Source: Verrucomicrobiota bacterium | GTDB taxonomy: Bacteria; Verrucomicrobiota; Verrucomicrobiia; Chthoniobacterales; JAFAMB01 | Assembly (NCBI GenBank): GCA_019236035.1 | Contig: JAFAJU010000092.1 | Span: 1-30,277 of the forward strand | Direction: 5' to 3' | Length of the DNA: 30,277 nt | Shown: piece after piece, positions 1 to 8,109 of the stretch | How positions within the stretch are numbered: position 1 is the stretch's first letter | How the letters are laid out: the number at the start of each line of letters is the position of its first letter | Notes under the pieces: model-generated | The model's database searches: none | Told to the model about the DNA's origin: nothing | The model's input: the letters and a program-made list of their open reading frames with translations, nothing else | Program-made: the position numbers and the translations under genes

Positions 1-125
1 GGACGACCGAACCGGTAACCGCTCACCGGGAAGTTCAGGACGGCTCGCTGGGTCGTTGCGCCGTAGAGCGCGTCGGAGGGCACCTCCATGATGCCCATGG
101 AATCTTTTTCGGGTCGGGTTTGCAT
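1..125 (-). CDS. fumC: Class II fumarate hydratase, N-terminal 41 codons (runs off window)
   Basis: Hand translation of the minus strand from ATG at 125: [41 protein letters not shown], the 'EKDSMG..EVP....YGA.TQRA..NF' N-terminus of FumC/AspA. Aspartase cannot be excluded from this fragment. Confidence 0.8.
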   Translation of the reverse strand, partial: MQTRPEKDSMGIMEVPSDALYGATTQRAVLNFPVSGYRFGR

Positions 126-180
126 AGTAGGGATTAGGTATTGATCCCCCCGCCTCCCGAAAAATGAAAGCCAATTCTGC

Positions 181-218
181 CGGTAGGGTCGGCTGCCGGC
201 GGTAGCGCGACCCTACCG
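181..218. repeat. REP-like GTAG hairpin
   Basis: Perfect 11-bp inverted repeat cggtagggtcg (181-191) / cgaccctaccg (208-218) between divergent genes. Confidence 0.7.
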
Positions 219-219
219 C

Positions 220-248
220 TTGACGTGCTGGACTTATTTTCATAACAG
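220..248 (+). promoter_or_regulatory. Possible sigma70 promoter for the Xis-REC gene
   Basis: TTGACG (220-225), N17, TAACAG (243-248), about 40 nt upstream of the GTG start; the -10 is imperfect. Confidence 0.35.
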
Positions 249-287
249 TCATACATTCCCTTTTTAACTTCATTATCTGCTTCATCT

Positions 288-851
288 GTGAGCGAAACTC
301 CTAATCACAATCTTCTCACCGTAAAAGAAACAGCCGAATATTTACGGATACCTCTCCCCACGGTTTATTACCTTGTCCAACGAGGACAGATCCCCGCGAT
401 TCAAATTGGCGGTCGGTGGAGAATTAAGAAATCTTCACTGGATCGAGATATTCTTCGCCAGGACAAACAGGGTCAGCCCACTGTTTTAGTGGTTGATGAT
501 GATCCCGGCCTGCAAGAGTTGTTTAAGACGTTTTTGAAAAAGATCGGATTCAGCCGGGTGGTTGTGGGGACCGCCAAGGACGCTATCACCAGCCTGCGAA
601 AACAAAAGTTCGATCTGATGTTCCTGGATCTCCAATTACCGGATGCGCCCGGAGATCAGGTGTACAAAACCGCGAAGCAGATTGATCCGGATCTGAATGT
701 CATCGTAATCACCGGTTATCCGGACAGCGAAGTGCTGGACAGGATCCTGCAAGTAAGCCCAGTCACGGTTCTGAAGAAGCCTCTTAAGATCGAGCAGCTA
801 AACCAGACGGTGAAGATTCTCGGCCATTCCACGTCCAGGGTGGAACCCTAA
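288..851 (+). CDS. Response regulator: N-terminal excisionase-like HTH (HTH_17) + C-terminal receiver domain
   Basis: LLTVKETAEYLRIPLPTVYYLVQRGQIPAIQIGGRWRI is Xis/MerR-like HTH; VLVVDDD...LMFLDLQLPD...VITGY...KKP has the receiver acidic pocket, phospho-Asp, Thr and Lys. Confidence 0.9.
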   Translation: MSETPNHNLLTVKETAEYLRIPLPTVYYLVQRGQIPAIQIGGRWRIKKSSLDRDILRQDKQGQPTVLVVDDDPGLQELFKTFLKKIGFSRVVVGTAKDAITSLRKQKFDLMFLDLQLPDAPGDQVYKTAKQIDPDLNVIVITGYPDSEVLDRILQVSPVTVLKKPLKIEQLNQTVKILGHSTSRVEP

Positions 852-885
852 TCCGGCCCCGCCGCATTTCGCCTAATCGCCCTAG

Positions 886-1110
886 AACTCGTCCTCGCAC
901 TCGATCTTCGGGTGCGAGCCGGAAGCCTGTGCCAGCGTTGCAACGTACGATCCGGGCGGAAGCAAAGTAGCATAGGCGTCCCGCCTGTCGAGCGTGTAGC
1001 AGCAACGTGAACACAGGGGGTCGAGTGCTTGAACCGAAATCCCGAAGTTAGAAATCGTGCTCGTGCTCGTAATCGAGAGAAGCCGGCAGATCGAGGGCGA
1101 GGACGATGCC
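886..1110. repeat. Mosaic of REP-like elements between convergent genes
   Basis: gtagcataggcgtcccgcctgt (967-988) with a minus-strand relative at 915-936, plus ctcgtcctcgcactcga / tcgtgctcgtgctcgtaatcga / tcgagggcgaggacga motifs of a second family. Confidence 0.7.
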
Positions 1111-1132
1111 ACCAGGGCTTTTCTCGAGTCAA

Positions 1133-1942
1133 TTAGATCGCTGCAGCCAGAGGCTCGCGACCCTCCGGTGTCCGGTCCAACTCTACAACTTGAAACCTGA
1201 CGCCGCGCTTTGTGAACGCCTCGGAAAACTCCGCCGGCATTCCAAAATCTGTGATCGTCAAGTGTATCTCTGAGAGGCTGGCAAAAGTCGCCAGGCAAGC
1301 ATGACCGAATTTTGTCGAGTCCGCGAGTACATAACTCTCATCAGCGGAACGCATCATCGCCTGCTTCACCTCCGCGTCGAGCGGATTCGGCGTACTATGC
1401 CCATGCGTGAGGGTAATTCCGGAACTACCGAGAAAAGCCCGGTCCGCGTGGAAAGTCCCCAGCGTCTTGATCGCCGTGGGTCCAATTAAGGCTAGACTAT
1501 GGTTCCGGACCTGACCGCCAACCAACAAGATCTCGTACCCGGCCCGCGATAACTCTATCGCGGCGGGCACCGAACTCGTGATGACATAGAGAGAACGGAA
1601 CTGGCTCGGAAGCACCTGGGCCAATGCTAAAGTTGTGCTGCCGGCATCCATGATGATCGTATCACCATCGTGAATATAGGCCAGGGCCGCTCGCGCTATC
1701 AGGTCCTTGGAAGAACCATGCATCTGCAGCTTCTGGAAAAACGAGGCGTTGAATCTGCTCCGATGCGAGAAAATTGCACCCCCATACGTTCGCTGGAGCA
1801 TACCCTGCTCTTCCAGCTCGGCCAGATCTTTGCGCACCGTGACCTGGCTTACTTCGAATAGTCCGGCCAGCTCCTCGACTTTGACGTTCCCTTCGGTCTC
1901 GAGAAGTTGCAAAATTCTTCGTCGCCGTGCTTCCGCTGTCAC
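1133..1942 (-). CDS. DeoR/GlpR family transcriptional regulator
   Basis: RRRRILQLL...VKVEELAGLFEVSQVTVRKDLAELEEQG..RTYGGA HTH; DAGSTT, GGQVR, DSTKFG sensor motifs. Start set at GTG 1942 because the track's extension to 2011 lies in a REP doublet. Confidence 0.92.
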   Translation of the reverse strand: MTAEARRRRILQLLETEGNVKVEELAGLFEVSQVTVRKDLAELEEQGMLQRTYGGAIFSHRSRFNASFFQKLQMHGSSKDLIARAALAYIHDGDTIIMDAGSTTLALAQVLPSQFRSLYVITSSVPAAIELSRAGYEILLVGGQVRNHSLALIGPTAIKTLGTFHADRAFLGSSGITLTHGHSTPNPLDAEVKQAMMRSADESYVLADSTKFGHACLATFASLSEIHLTITDFGMPAEFSEAFTKRGVRFQVVELDRTPEGREPLAAAI

Positions 1943-1954
1943 AAAATATTTGCC

Positions 1955-2043
1955 GGTAGGGCTGCCCTCCTGCGCGTCCGGGGGAGCACGTCCACAACAT
2001 CTCGAACGCACATATCCCGGACGCGCTGGAGCGCGGTCCTACC
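1955..2043. repeat. REP doublet (GTAG class) overlapping the iolB stop codon
   Basis: ggtagggctgccctcctgcgcgtccggg ... cccggacgcgctggagcgcggtcctacc imperfect inverted pair; core gcgcgtccggg/cccggacgcgc is perfect. Confidence 0.75.
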
Positions 2044-2860
2044 GAGTACCTTTCACCGGAATCTCAATTGGTTTGCCGTCCCAGTTCTTTGTTACCCAGT
2101 CGTAGTGTGGATCGTTAATCGCATTGATCTTTCTAAGATCGCCCGCGAGGAAATTCAGGTAGTAGGCGTTTGTACCCGGTGCTTTCACCACCGGATGATA
2201 GCCTTCATGCACTAATACCAAATCGCCGTCGTGCAGCGGGATCGCCACATCCAAATCGGTGTCTCTGGTGTAAATCCGTTGAATGGCGAATCCGTCCGGG
2301 GGTGTTAACCGGTAATAGTAAGTCTCTTCGTGGTACGAAGAGTTATCCCGCGTATCATGCCGGTGCGGCGGAAAACTGGACCAGTTGCCACTTGGAGTAT
2401 GAATCTCGTAAACGGTCAGGCGTTCGCTCAACTCGTCAGAATCTAACAACGCGCTTACGCCGCGTTTCACATTTGCGCCTCCGCGAATTCCAGACGGAAT
2501 CTCTCCCCGCCGGATTACGCGAGCAGGCAGTTTTCCCGCTGCAGGTGCTCCGCCGATGGCCACTTCGAAGCCGTCACTGCTCGTCAGCACGTAGGCCGTA
2601 CGGGGCGGAAGATAAACGACATCGGCCAGTTCGCGAAAAAGATCTTCGCGACCTAATTGGAGAGTTTCCTGATTAAAGGCGATTGCTCCATGACCTACCA
2701 GTGGGACAACGACAACTTCCTCTTCACCGGTATTTCCTTCCAACTGCTGGCCCGCGGCGAGCGCCGCAACTTTGAAAGAGAGATACTTCCAATGCGCGGT
2801 TTCCGGACGCACATCGTGCAGGTAAAGATGGCCATGGTTAGGTCTATAATGCCGCTTCAT
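2039..2860 (-). CDS. iolB: 5-deoxy-glucuronate isomerase
   Basis: GNWSSFPPHRHD, YHEETYYY, DGDLVLVHEGYHPVV and AYYLNFLAG are the KduI/IolB signature motifs. Confidence 0.93.
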   Translation of the reverse strand: MKRHYRPNHGHLYLHDVRPETAHWKYLSFKVAALAAGQQLEGNTGEEEVVVVPLVGHGAIAFNQETLQLGREDLFRELADVVYLPPRTAYVLTSSDGFEVAIGGAPAAGKLPARVIRRGEIPSGIRGGANVKRGVSALLDSDELSERLTVYEIHTPSGNWSSFPPHRHDTRDNSSYHEETYYYRLTPPDGFAIQRIYTRDTDLDVAIPLHDGDLVLVHEGYHPVVKAPGTNAYYLNFLAGDLRKINAINDPHYDWVTKNWDGKPIEIPVKGTR

Positions 2861-3873
2861 GCCTGTATCTCCGAAACCTTGACCGGACGATTTTCCCGCC
2901 AGCTCTTAGTGGTTGCTAACGCCAGGCGCAGCGTTTCCAGAGCATCCTCCGGCCCTGGAGAGGGTTTTCTTCCCGCTAACAACGCCCCAAAGAAAGCCTC
3001 CAGTTCTAAGCGATAAGCCAGTTCAAAACGGTCTGGGAAGTTTTCGAAATGATCGAAGCTTGAATTGAAGTCCTTAGCGAAAAGGAGCGGCGTTTTCTGT
3101 GGAGCTTCAACTACGACCTTGCCGATCGCACCGGCTACTTCGGTACGAATGTCATATCCCCAATTGGAATGACGAGAGGTCTCCGCAACTCCCAACGCGC
3201 CGTTAACAAACTTGAGAAACGTCACCGCCGTGTCAGCATCGCTTGCCTTGGCGAATCTCTCATCTACCAAAACCGTGCCCCACGCCTGGACCTCTTCAAC
3301 TTCGCCTACCAGAAAACGGGCGAGGTCCAGATCGTGCACCGCCATGTCGAGAAAAAGGCCGCCGCTTCCCATTAAGAATTCGAGGCTCGGGGGATAAGTA
3401 TCGCGGCTGAGAGCTCGAAACAATTCGATTCGACCGAGGTCATCTGCCTCAATTTTTTGCTTGGCGCGCGCATAACCGGGATCGAATCGACGCATGAATC
3501 CCAATTGCACCGAGATTCCTCGATCCTGAATTAACTTCACCACGCGGGTGGTCTCGGCGAGGTCGAGCGCGATCGGCTTTTCGCTGAAGACAGCTTTACC
3601 CGCGTTCGCCGCCAACTCGAGCAATCGAGCATGCGTATCGGTCGGAGTCACTATCACGACCGCGTCAACGCCTGGATGAGTGATCGCCTGCTCGACGTCC
3701 GTTAAAGCCTGTTCCGCGCCGACGAGCGCTCTTCCGCGTTCGGCCGCTTCGCGCCTGGGATCAGCGACGACCAAGACTTTTACTCCCGATATCCCCAGCA
3801 GATTACGTAGATGGGTTTCACCCATTCGGCCAACACCGAGGAATGCGACGCCTATCGAGGATCCGATACTCAT
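2857..3873 (-). CDS. iolG: Gfo/Idh/MocA oxidoreductase, inositol 2-dehydrogenase-like
   Basis: GVGRMG NAD-binding motif, EKPIA, GFMRRFDPGY, DMAVHDLD; lies between iolD and iolB. The exact inositol isomer specificity is unknown. Confidence 0.8.
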   Translation of the reverse strand: MSIGSSIGVAFLGVGRMGETHLRNLLGISGVKVLVVADPRREAAERGRALVGAEQALTDVEQAITHPGVDAVVIVTPTDTHARLLELAANAGKAVFSEKPIALDLAETTRVVKLIQDRGISVQLGFMRRFDPGYARAKQKIEADDLGRIELFRALSRDTYPPSLEFLMGSGGLFLDMAVHDLDLARFLVGEVEEVQAWGTVLVDERFAKASDADTAVTFLKFVNGALGVAETSRHSNWGYDIRTEVAGAIGKVVVEAPQKTPLLFAKDFNSSFDHFENFPDRFELAYRLELEAFFGALLAGRKPSPGPEDALETLRLALATTKSWRENRPVKVSEIQA

Positions 3874-4748
3874 AAAACCGCCTCTTCAACACCAAGTTCC
3901 GCAGCGACTATGTTGAGCTCTTCCTTCGTGGCGACTTTTGAATGCCATTCGTGCTTACCTTCGGCGAAGTGAACGCCTTTGCCTTTTACCGTGCGGGCTA
4001 TGATTAAAGTTGGCTGATCTGAACTTCCGGAGGCTTTAGCCGCCTCTAGCGCTGGGACAATCTGTGAAAAGTCGTGCCCATCGATTTCCTGAACGCGCCA
4101 ACCGAGTCTTTCGAAGATCCCTTTGAGGTCCACGCTATCCCACGGGTCACGCCGGTCGCCGCGATGCTTCTGACCTGGCCTAAGCAGCCAACCAAACTGC
4201 TGCAGCCCGTTCCAGTCAAGAATCGTGGTCAGGTTTCCGAGTTTGTACCTGGGAGCCACATGCAACGCCTCCCAAATCATTCCCTCCTGGAGTTCGCCAT
4301 CACCAATCATCACAAAGGTGTGAAAATGCTGTCCGCGCAACCGAGCACCCAGAGCAATTCCAAGCCCAACCGACAATCCCTGGCCCAGTGAACCCGTCGA
4401 AGTCTCTAAGCCGGGCAGTTTTGTGACATCCGGATGCCCCTGCAATCGCGAGCGCCCCTTGTCAAACGTCTTTAGCTCTTCAACCGGAAGATATCCTCGC
4501 AGTGCCATTACAGTGTATTGCCCAATCGCAGAATGCCCTTTTGAAAGAATAAACCTGTCTCGCTCCGGCCAGTGCGGTTCTTCCGGTCTGACCTTCATTA
4601 CCCGAAAATAAAGCGACACCATGAGATCCATGGCCGAAAACGGTCCGCCCACGTGTCCCGCACCGCTTCCGGCCACCGTGCTGATCACCAGCCAGCGCCC
4701 TCTCTGAGCTAGCTCCGCTAAGGGCTTGAAGTCTGCTTCACCGCTCAT
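3870..4748 (-). CDS. Transketolase N-terminal (TPP-binding) subunit, stand-alone
   Basis: GHVGG, DRFILSKGH, LQGHP, TGSLGQG, GDGELQEG...WE (TPP motif), DGHD, TVKGKG; 292 aa, so no pyrimidine-binding or C-terminal domain. Confidence 0.92.
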   Translation of the reverse strand: MSGEADFKPLAELAQRGRWLVISTVAGSGAGHVGGPFSAMDLMVSLYFRVMKVRPEEPHWPERDRFILSKGHSAIGQYTVMALRGYLPVEELKTFDKGRSRLQGHPDVTKLPGLETSTGSLGQGLSVGLGIALGARLRGQHFHTFVMIGDGELQEGMIWEALHVAPRYKLGNLTTILDWNGLQQFGWLLRPGQKHRGDRRDPWDSVDLKGIFERLGWRVQEIDGHDFSQIVPALEAAKASGSSDQPTLIIARTVKGKGVHFAEGKHEWHSKVATKEELNIVAAELGVEEAVL

Positions 4749-4784
4749 AACCTTGTCCGGCTCAGCACGGTGCGGTCGCCAGCT

Positions 4785-6674
4785 TTACGCGAAAACAGGG
4801 CGTTGTTTCTCGGTCGCTTTTTCGTAATTTTCCCTGGTTTTACGGGTTTTCTCTTCCGCGCTGACTTCCGCTACGGGCACATCCCACCAAGTACCCAACC
4901 CGGGCATCCGTTTTTCCGGGTCGACCGGAACCACAATGACAGTGACTCGGTCAGCGTTACGCGCATCGTTAATGGCCTTCTTAAGGTCTGCTGCGTTCCG
5001 TGCGAAGATCGCATTGGCGCCCATCGACTCGGCATGTTTCTGAAAGTCGACCGGGATATACTCGCCCGTCAGCTGCTTAGTGGCACGATCACGATACCGC
5101 AATTCGTTTCCGAAATCCGATACGCCGACAGCGCGCTGTAACCCCAGAATGCATTGGTAGCCGTGATTGTCGACCAGTACGATCGTCAGCTTGAGGCCTT
5201 CGCCCACAGCGGTGACTATTTCGGAGTTCATCATCAGGTAAGAGCCGTCTCCCACCATGACGACCACTTCACGGCCAGGCTCTGCCAGCTTGACTCCTAG
5301 CCCTCCTGCAATCTCGTAGCCCATACATGAGTAGCCGTACTCCATGTGATACGCTTTTGGGTCTTCCGGTCGCCAGAGACGCAACAACTCGCCAGGCATT
5401 CCCCCGGCTGCGCAAACCACAGTCGCCTTGCCCCCGACTGTCTCATTCACTAGCCCGATGACGGCCAACTCTCCCAGTGGCTCGGAACCTCCCTGCGGCG
5501 TTCGCAACTCAGTGACTTTCGCATCCCAGTCCTCTTTTAGATGCTGTATCTCGCTCCGGTACGCCGCCTGAGTCCCGGAATACCCTGCTCCCTTGAGCTC
5601 CCCTCGCAGTGTACTTAGCGCACGTCTCGCGTCCGCGATGAGCGGCCGCGACCCAAGCTTGTTAGCATCCATTGGCGCGACGTTTATGCCTACGAATCGG
5701 ACGGTCGGGTTCTGAAACGCTGACTTTGAAGCAGTCGTAAAATCACTCAACCTTGTTCCCAGAGTGATAATCAGGTCGGCTTCACGGGCCAGTTTGTTGG
5801 CAGATGTGGCGCCGTTCGATCCTATCGGTCCGGCGTTCATTGGATGATTCCAATTCAGGACTCCTTTACCGGCCTGGGTTTCAGTCACTGGAATACCGAA
5901 CTCTTCCGCAAACTGCCTCAGTTCTTCGGACGCTTCAGAATAAATCGTGCCGCCACCTGAAATGATCAAGGGACGCTGGGCGCCTTTCAGCAGATTTACG
6001 ACTTCCCGCACTAGCTCAGGTTCCGGCACCGGGCGGCGCACGTGCCAAACTCTTTTCTCAAAGAACTCAATAGGCCAATTATGCGCTTCAGCTTGAACGT
6101 CCTCTGGAAGAGTTATAGTCACTGCCCCGGTCTCTGCGGGATCGGTCAGCACGCGAAAGGCCTCAGGCAGACTTGCCACCAATTGCTCCGGGCGAGAAAT
6201 CCGATCGAAAAAGCGCGACACCGGTCGGAACGCGTCGCTGGCACTGACATCGCGCTCGAGCGGATGCTCAAGCTGCTGCAACACTGGATCCGGTACTCGA
6301 TTCGCGAAATAATCGCTTGGCAAAAGAAGCACCGGAATACGGTTTACGGTGGCCCCCGCAGCGCCTGTAACCATGTTGGTTGCGCCCGGCCCGATAGAAG
6401 TCGTGCAGGCGAAAGTAGCCAGCCGATTTCGGTGCTTTGCGAATGCTGCCGCGGTGTGAACCATGGCCTGCTCATTCTGCGGTCGATAAAATCTGAGACC
6501 TTCCGCTTGACTGAACTCGACAATACCCTGACCTAGCCCTGCGACGTTGCCATGCCCAAAAATTGCCCAAATTCCTTCGATAAATCGGTTCTCGCGCCCG
6601 TCTCGTTCGACGAATTGGCGCGCCATGAATCGGACTAAGGCTTGTCCGGTAGTTAGACGAATGAATCTATTCAT
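4785..6674 (-). CDS. iolD: 3D-(3,5/4)-trihydroxycyclohexane-1,2-dione acylhydrolase (TPP-dependent)
   Basis: LTTGQALVRFM, IFGHGNVAGLGQ, QNEQAM, LQQLE, YHMEYGYSCMGYEIAG, VGDGSYLM; strong SD AGGAGG 6 nt upstream (6681-6686). Confidence 0.95.
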   Translation of the reverse strand: MNRFIRLTTGQALVRFMARQFVERDGRENRFIEGIWAIFGHGNVAGLGQGIVEFSQAEGLRFYRPQNEQAMVHTAAAFAKHRNRLATFACTTSIGPGATNMVTGAAGATVNRIPVLLLPSDYFANRVPDPVLQQLEHPLERDVSASDAFRPVSRFFDRISRPEQLVASLPEAFRVLTDPAETGAVTITLPEDVQAEAHNWPIEFFEKRVWHVRRPVPEPELVREVVNLLKGAQRPLIISGGGTIYSEASEELRQFAEEFGIPVTETQAGKGVLNWNHPMNAGPIGSNGATSANKLAREADLIITLGTRLSDFTTASKSAFQNPTVRFVGINVAPMDANKLGSRPLIADARRALSTLRGELKGAGYSGTQAAYRSEIQHLKEDWDAKVTELRTPQGGSEPLGELAVIGLVNETVGGKATVVCAAGGMPGELLRLWRPEDPKAYHMEYGYSCMGYEIAGGLGVKLAEPGREVVVMVGDGSYLMMNSEIVTAVGEGLKLTIVLVDNHGYQCILGLQRAVGVSDFGNELRYRDRATKQLTGEYIPVDFQKHAESMGANAIFARNAADLKKAINDARNADRVTVIVVPVDPEKRMPGLGTWWDVPVAEVSAEEKTRKTRENYEKATEKQRPVFA

Positions 6675-6760
6675 TAATGACCTCCTTCCAGAAACGCACT
6701 GGTAGTGGGAAAAGCCGCAAACTGGGAACGGACGACATACAGACCCTTTGGGGGAACGGA

Positions 6761-6809
6761 GATTTCGATTTGTTTCGAACTGTTAACAGAATGAAACCCG
6801 GCTAGTCAA
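6761..6809 (-). promoter_or_regulatory. Candidate iolD promoter with adjacent operator-like direct repeat
   Basis: Minus strand TTGACT (6804-6809), N17-18, T/TAACAG; directly downstream TCGAAA-N4-TCGAAA (TTTCGA at + 6763 and 6773, 10-bp period). Confidence 0.4.
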
Positions 6810-7011
6810 GTGGAACTCCAGCGATTTGCGCAAGCTTCCTTTCTCCGATATTAGAATCTCCTCGGAGACCCTCTCGGAAGAAATCTGCTTCAGCAAGAAA
6901 AAACTGAGGTTTCGAATCGAAATACTAAGGGCAGGCTTGCACAGAAGGTCCACTTGGATCGGTCCCTGTTCTCGGCGTCCTCTGTGGTAAAATGTCCCCT
7001 CCTTGCCCTTC

Positions 7012-7959
7012 CTAATCGCGATGTTCCGCTAGACCGCGAGTAAAAATGTGGTTGTGAATCGGCCTTAAGATTTCGAGCACTTCCGCCAGTAAGGCTTCAT
7101 CAATTGGTTCGTTTACAAAGGCGATGTCTTCCCGCATTTCCTCCGGGCGTCCTGTGCCAACCAAGGTCGTAGCAATGTCGGAATTTGTGCAACAATATTG
7201 GACCGCAAGTTTGACGATGTTCACGCCTTTTGCCGCACAGTGAGCCACAGCGTTCTGGCATCCCTGTTTGATAGCTTCGCCTGCAGGGTGCCAGACCGGC
7301 GGACCTTCCGGGGTGAGCAAACCCATACCGACCGGAGCGGCATTGATGATGCCGACGCCCTTTGATTTTAGGTAAGGAATCAAACCCGCCAGGGTGTTGT
7401 CATTTAATGTATAGTGGCAAAACGACAAAATGGTCTCGATAGTGCCGGGTGCAACACGGTCCAGAATGCTCGGAAAAATCTTTAAGGGAAGCCCGGTAAT
7501 GCCAATATGGCGAACAAGGCCCTGGCGCTTGAGAAGCTGAAGCGCCGGTATCGTTTCATCCACGATCTGGTCGTGATTTCCAAATTCGATGTCGTGGCAC
7601 TGAATGAGATCCACATAGTCGACACCAAGTCGCTTCAGGCTGTGCTCGACACTGCGCTCCGTGCTAGCACGCGAATAGTCGTAATCATGTCTCGCCTCGC
7701 TGTAGCTGCCAATTTTTGTCGCGAGATAGTATCGTTCACGCGGCACTCCCCGCAGCGCGCGGCCGAGATTCAATTCCGCTAACGTGCCGCCGTACGCGGG
7801 AGAGACATCTATGAAATTTATCCCGCCTTCAAACGCGGCATGGACAGTCTCGATGCACTGATCAAGCTTCGCGCCACGAGATACCTCCCCAAGCGAACGC
7901 GCTCCGAAACTGAGACATGAAACCTGGAGGCCGGTTGGACCGAGTTTGTTGTACTTCAT
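7012..7959 (-). CDS. Aldo/keto reductase (L-galactose / D-threo-aldose dehydrogenase-like)
   Basis: MKYNKLGPTGLQVSCLSFG, GINFIDVSPAYG (catalytic D, Y), TKIG, SLKRLGVDYVDLIQCHD; start at ATG 7959 fits the family N-terminus. Confidence 0.88.
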   Translation of the reverse strand: MKYNKLGPTGLQVSCLSFGARSLGEVSRGAKLDQCIETVHAAFEGGINFIDVSPAYGGTLAELNLGRALRGVPRERYYLATKIGSYSEARHDYDYSRASTERSVEHSLKRLGVDYVDLIQCHDIEFGNHDQIVDETIPALQLLKRQGLVRHIGITGLPLKIFPSILDRVAPGTIETILSFCHYTLNDNTLAGLIPYLKSKGVGIINAAPVGMGLLTPEGPPVWHPAGEAIKQGCQNAVAHCAAKGVNIVKLAVQYCCTNSDIATTLVGTGRPEEMREDIAFVNEPIDEALLAEVLEILRPIHNHIFTRGLAEHRD

Positions 7960-8109
7960 TTGGTCGGCCTCAGGAATTCGCAACACGAGCCAATAAGCCG
8001 TTGACAGCGGGATCGGAGATACTGCGATTCAGGCCGCGGGTAACCGCATACATTGAATTCTTCCCGTTCATTGAAATTATTGTGATTATCTGGCAAGTCC
8101 TGTTTTAGC

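Noticed and set aside
288-470. Excisionase-like domain as evidence of a prophage or ICE
   Set aside because: It is fused to a receiver domain; no integrase, att duplication or phage genes are nearby.
784-1298. Short ORFs 784-1014, 848-1132 and 882-1298
   Set aside because: They translate REP DNA (TGGTPML, RARAR motifs) or shadow deoR.
1943-2011. N-terminal extension of DeoR in the ORF track (likewise ABC 11221-11292, Rex 14406-14588, desaturase 28972-29076)
   Set aside because: The extensions run through REP elements or a neighbouring gene; family N-termini and promoter motifs support the shorter starts.
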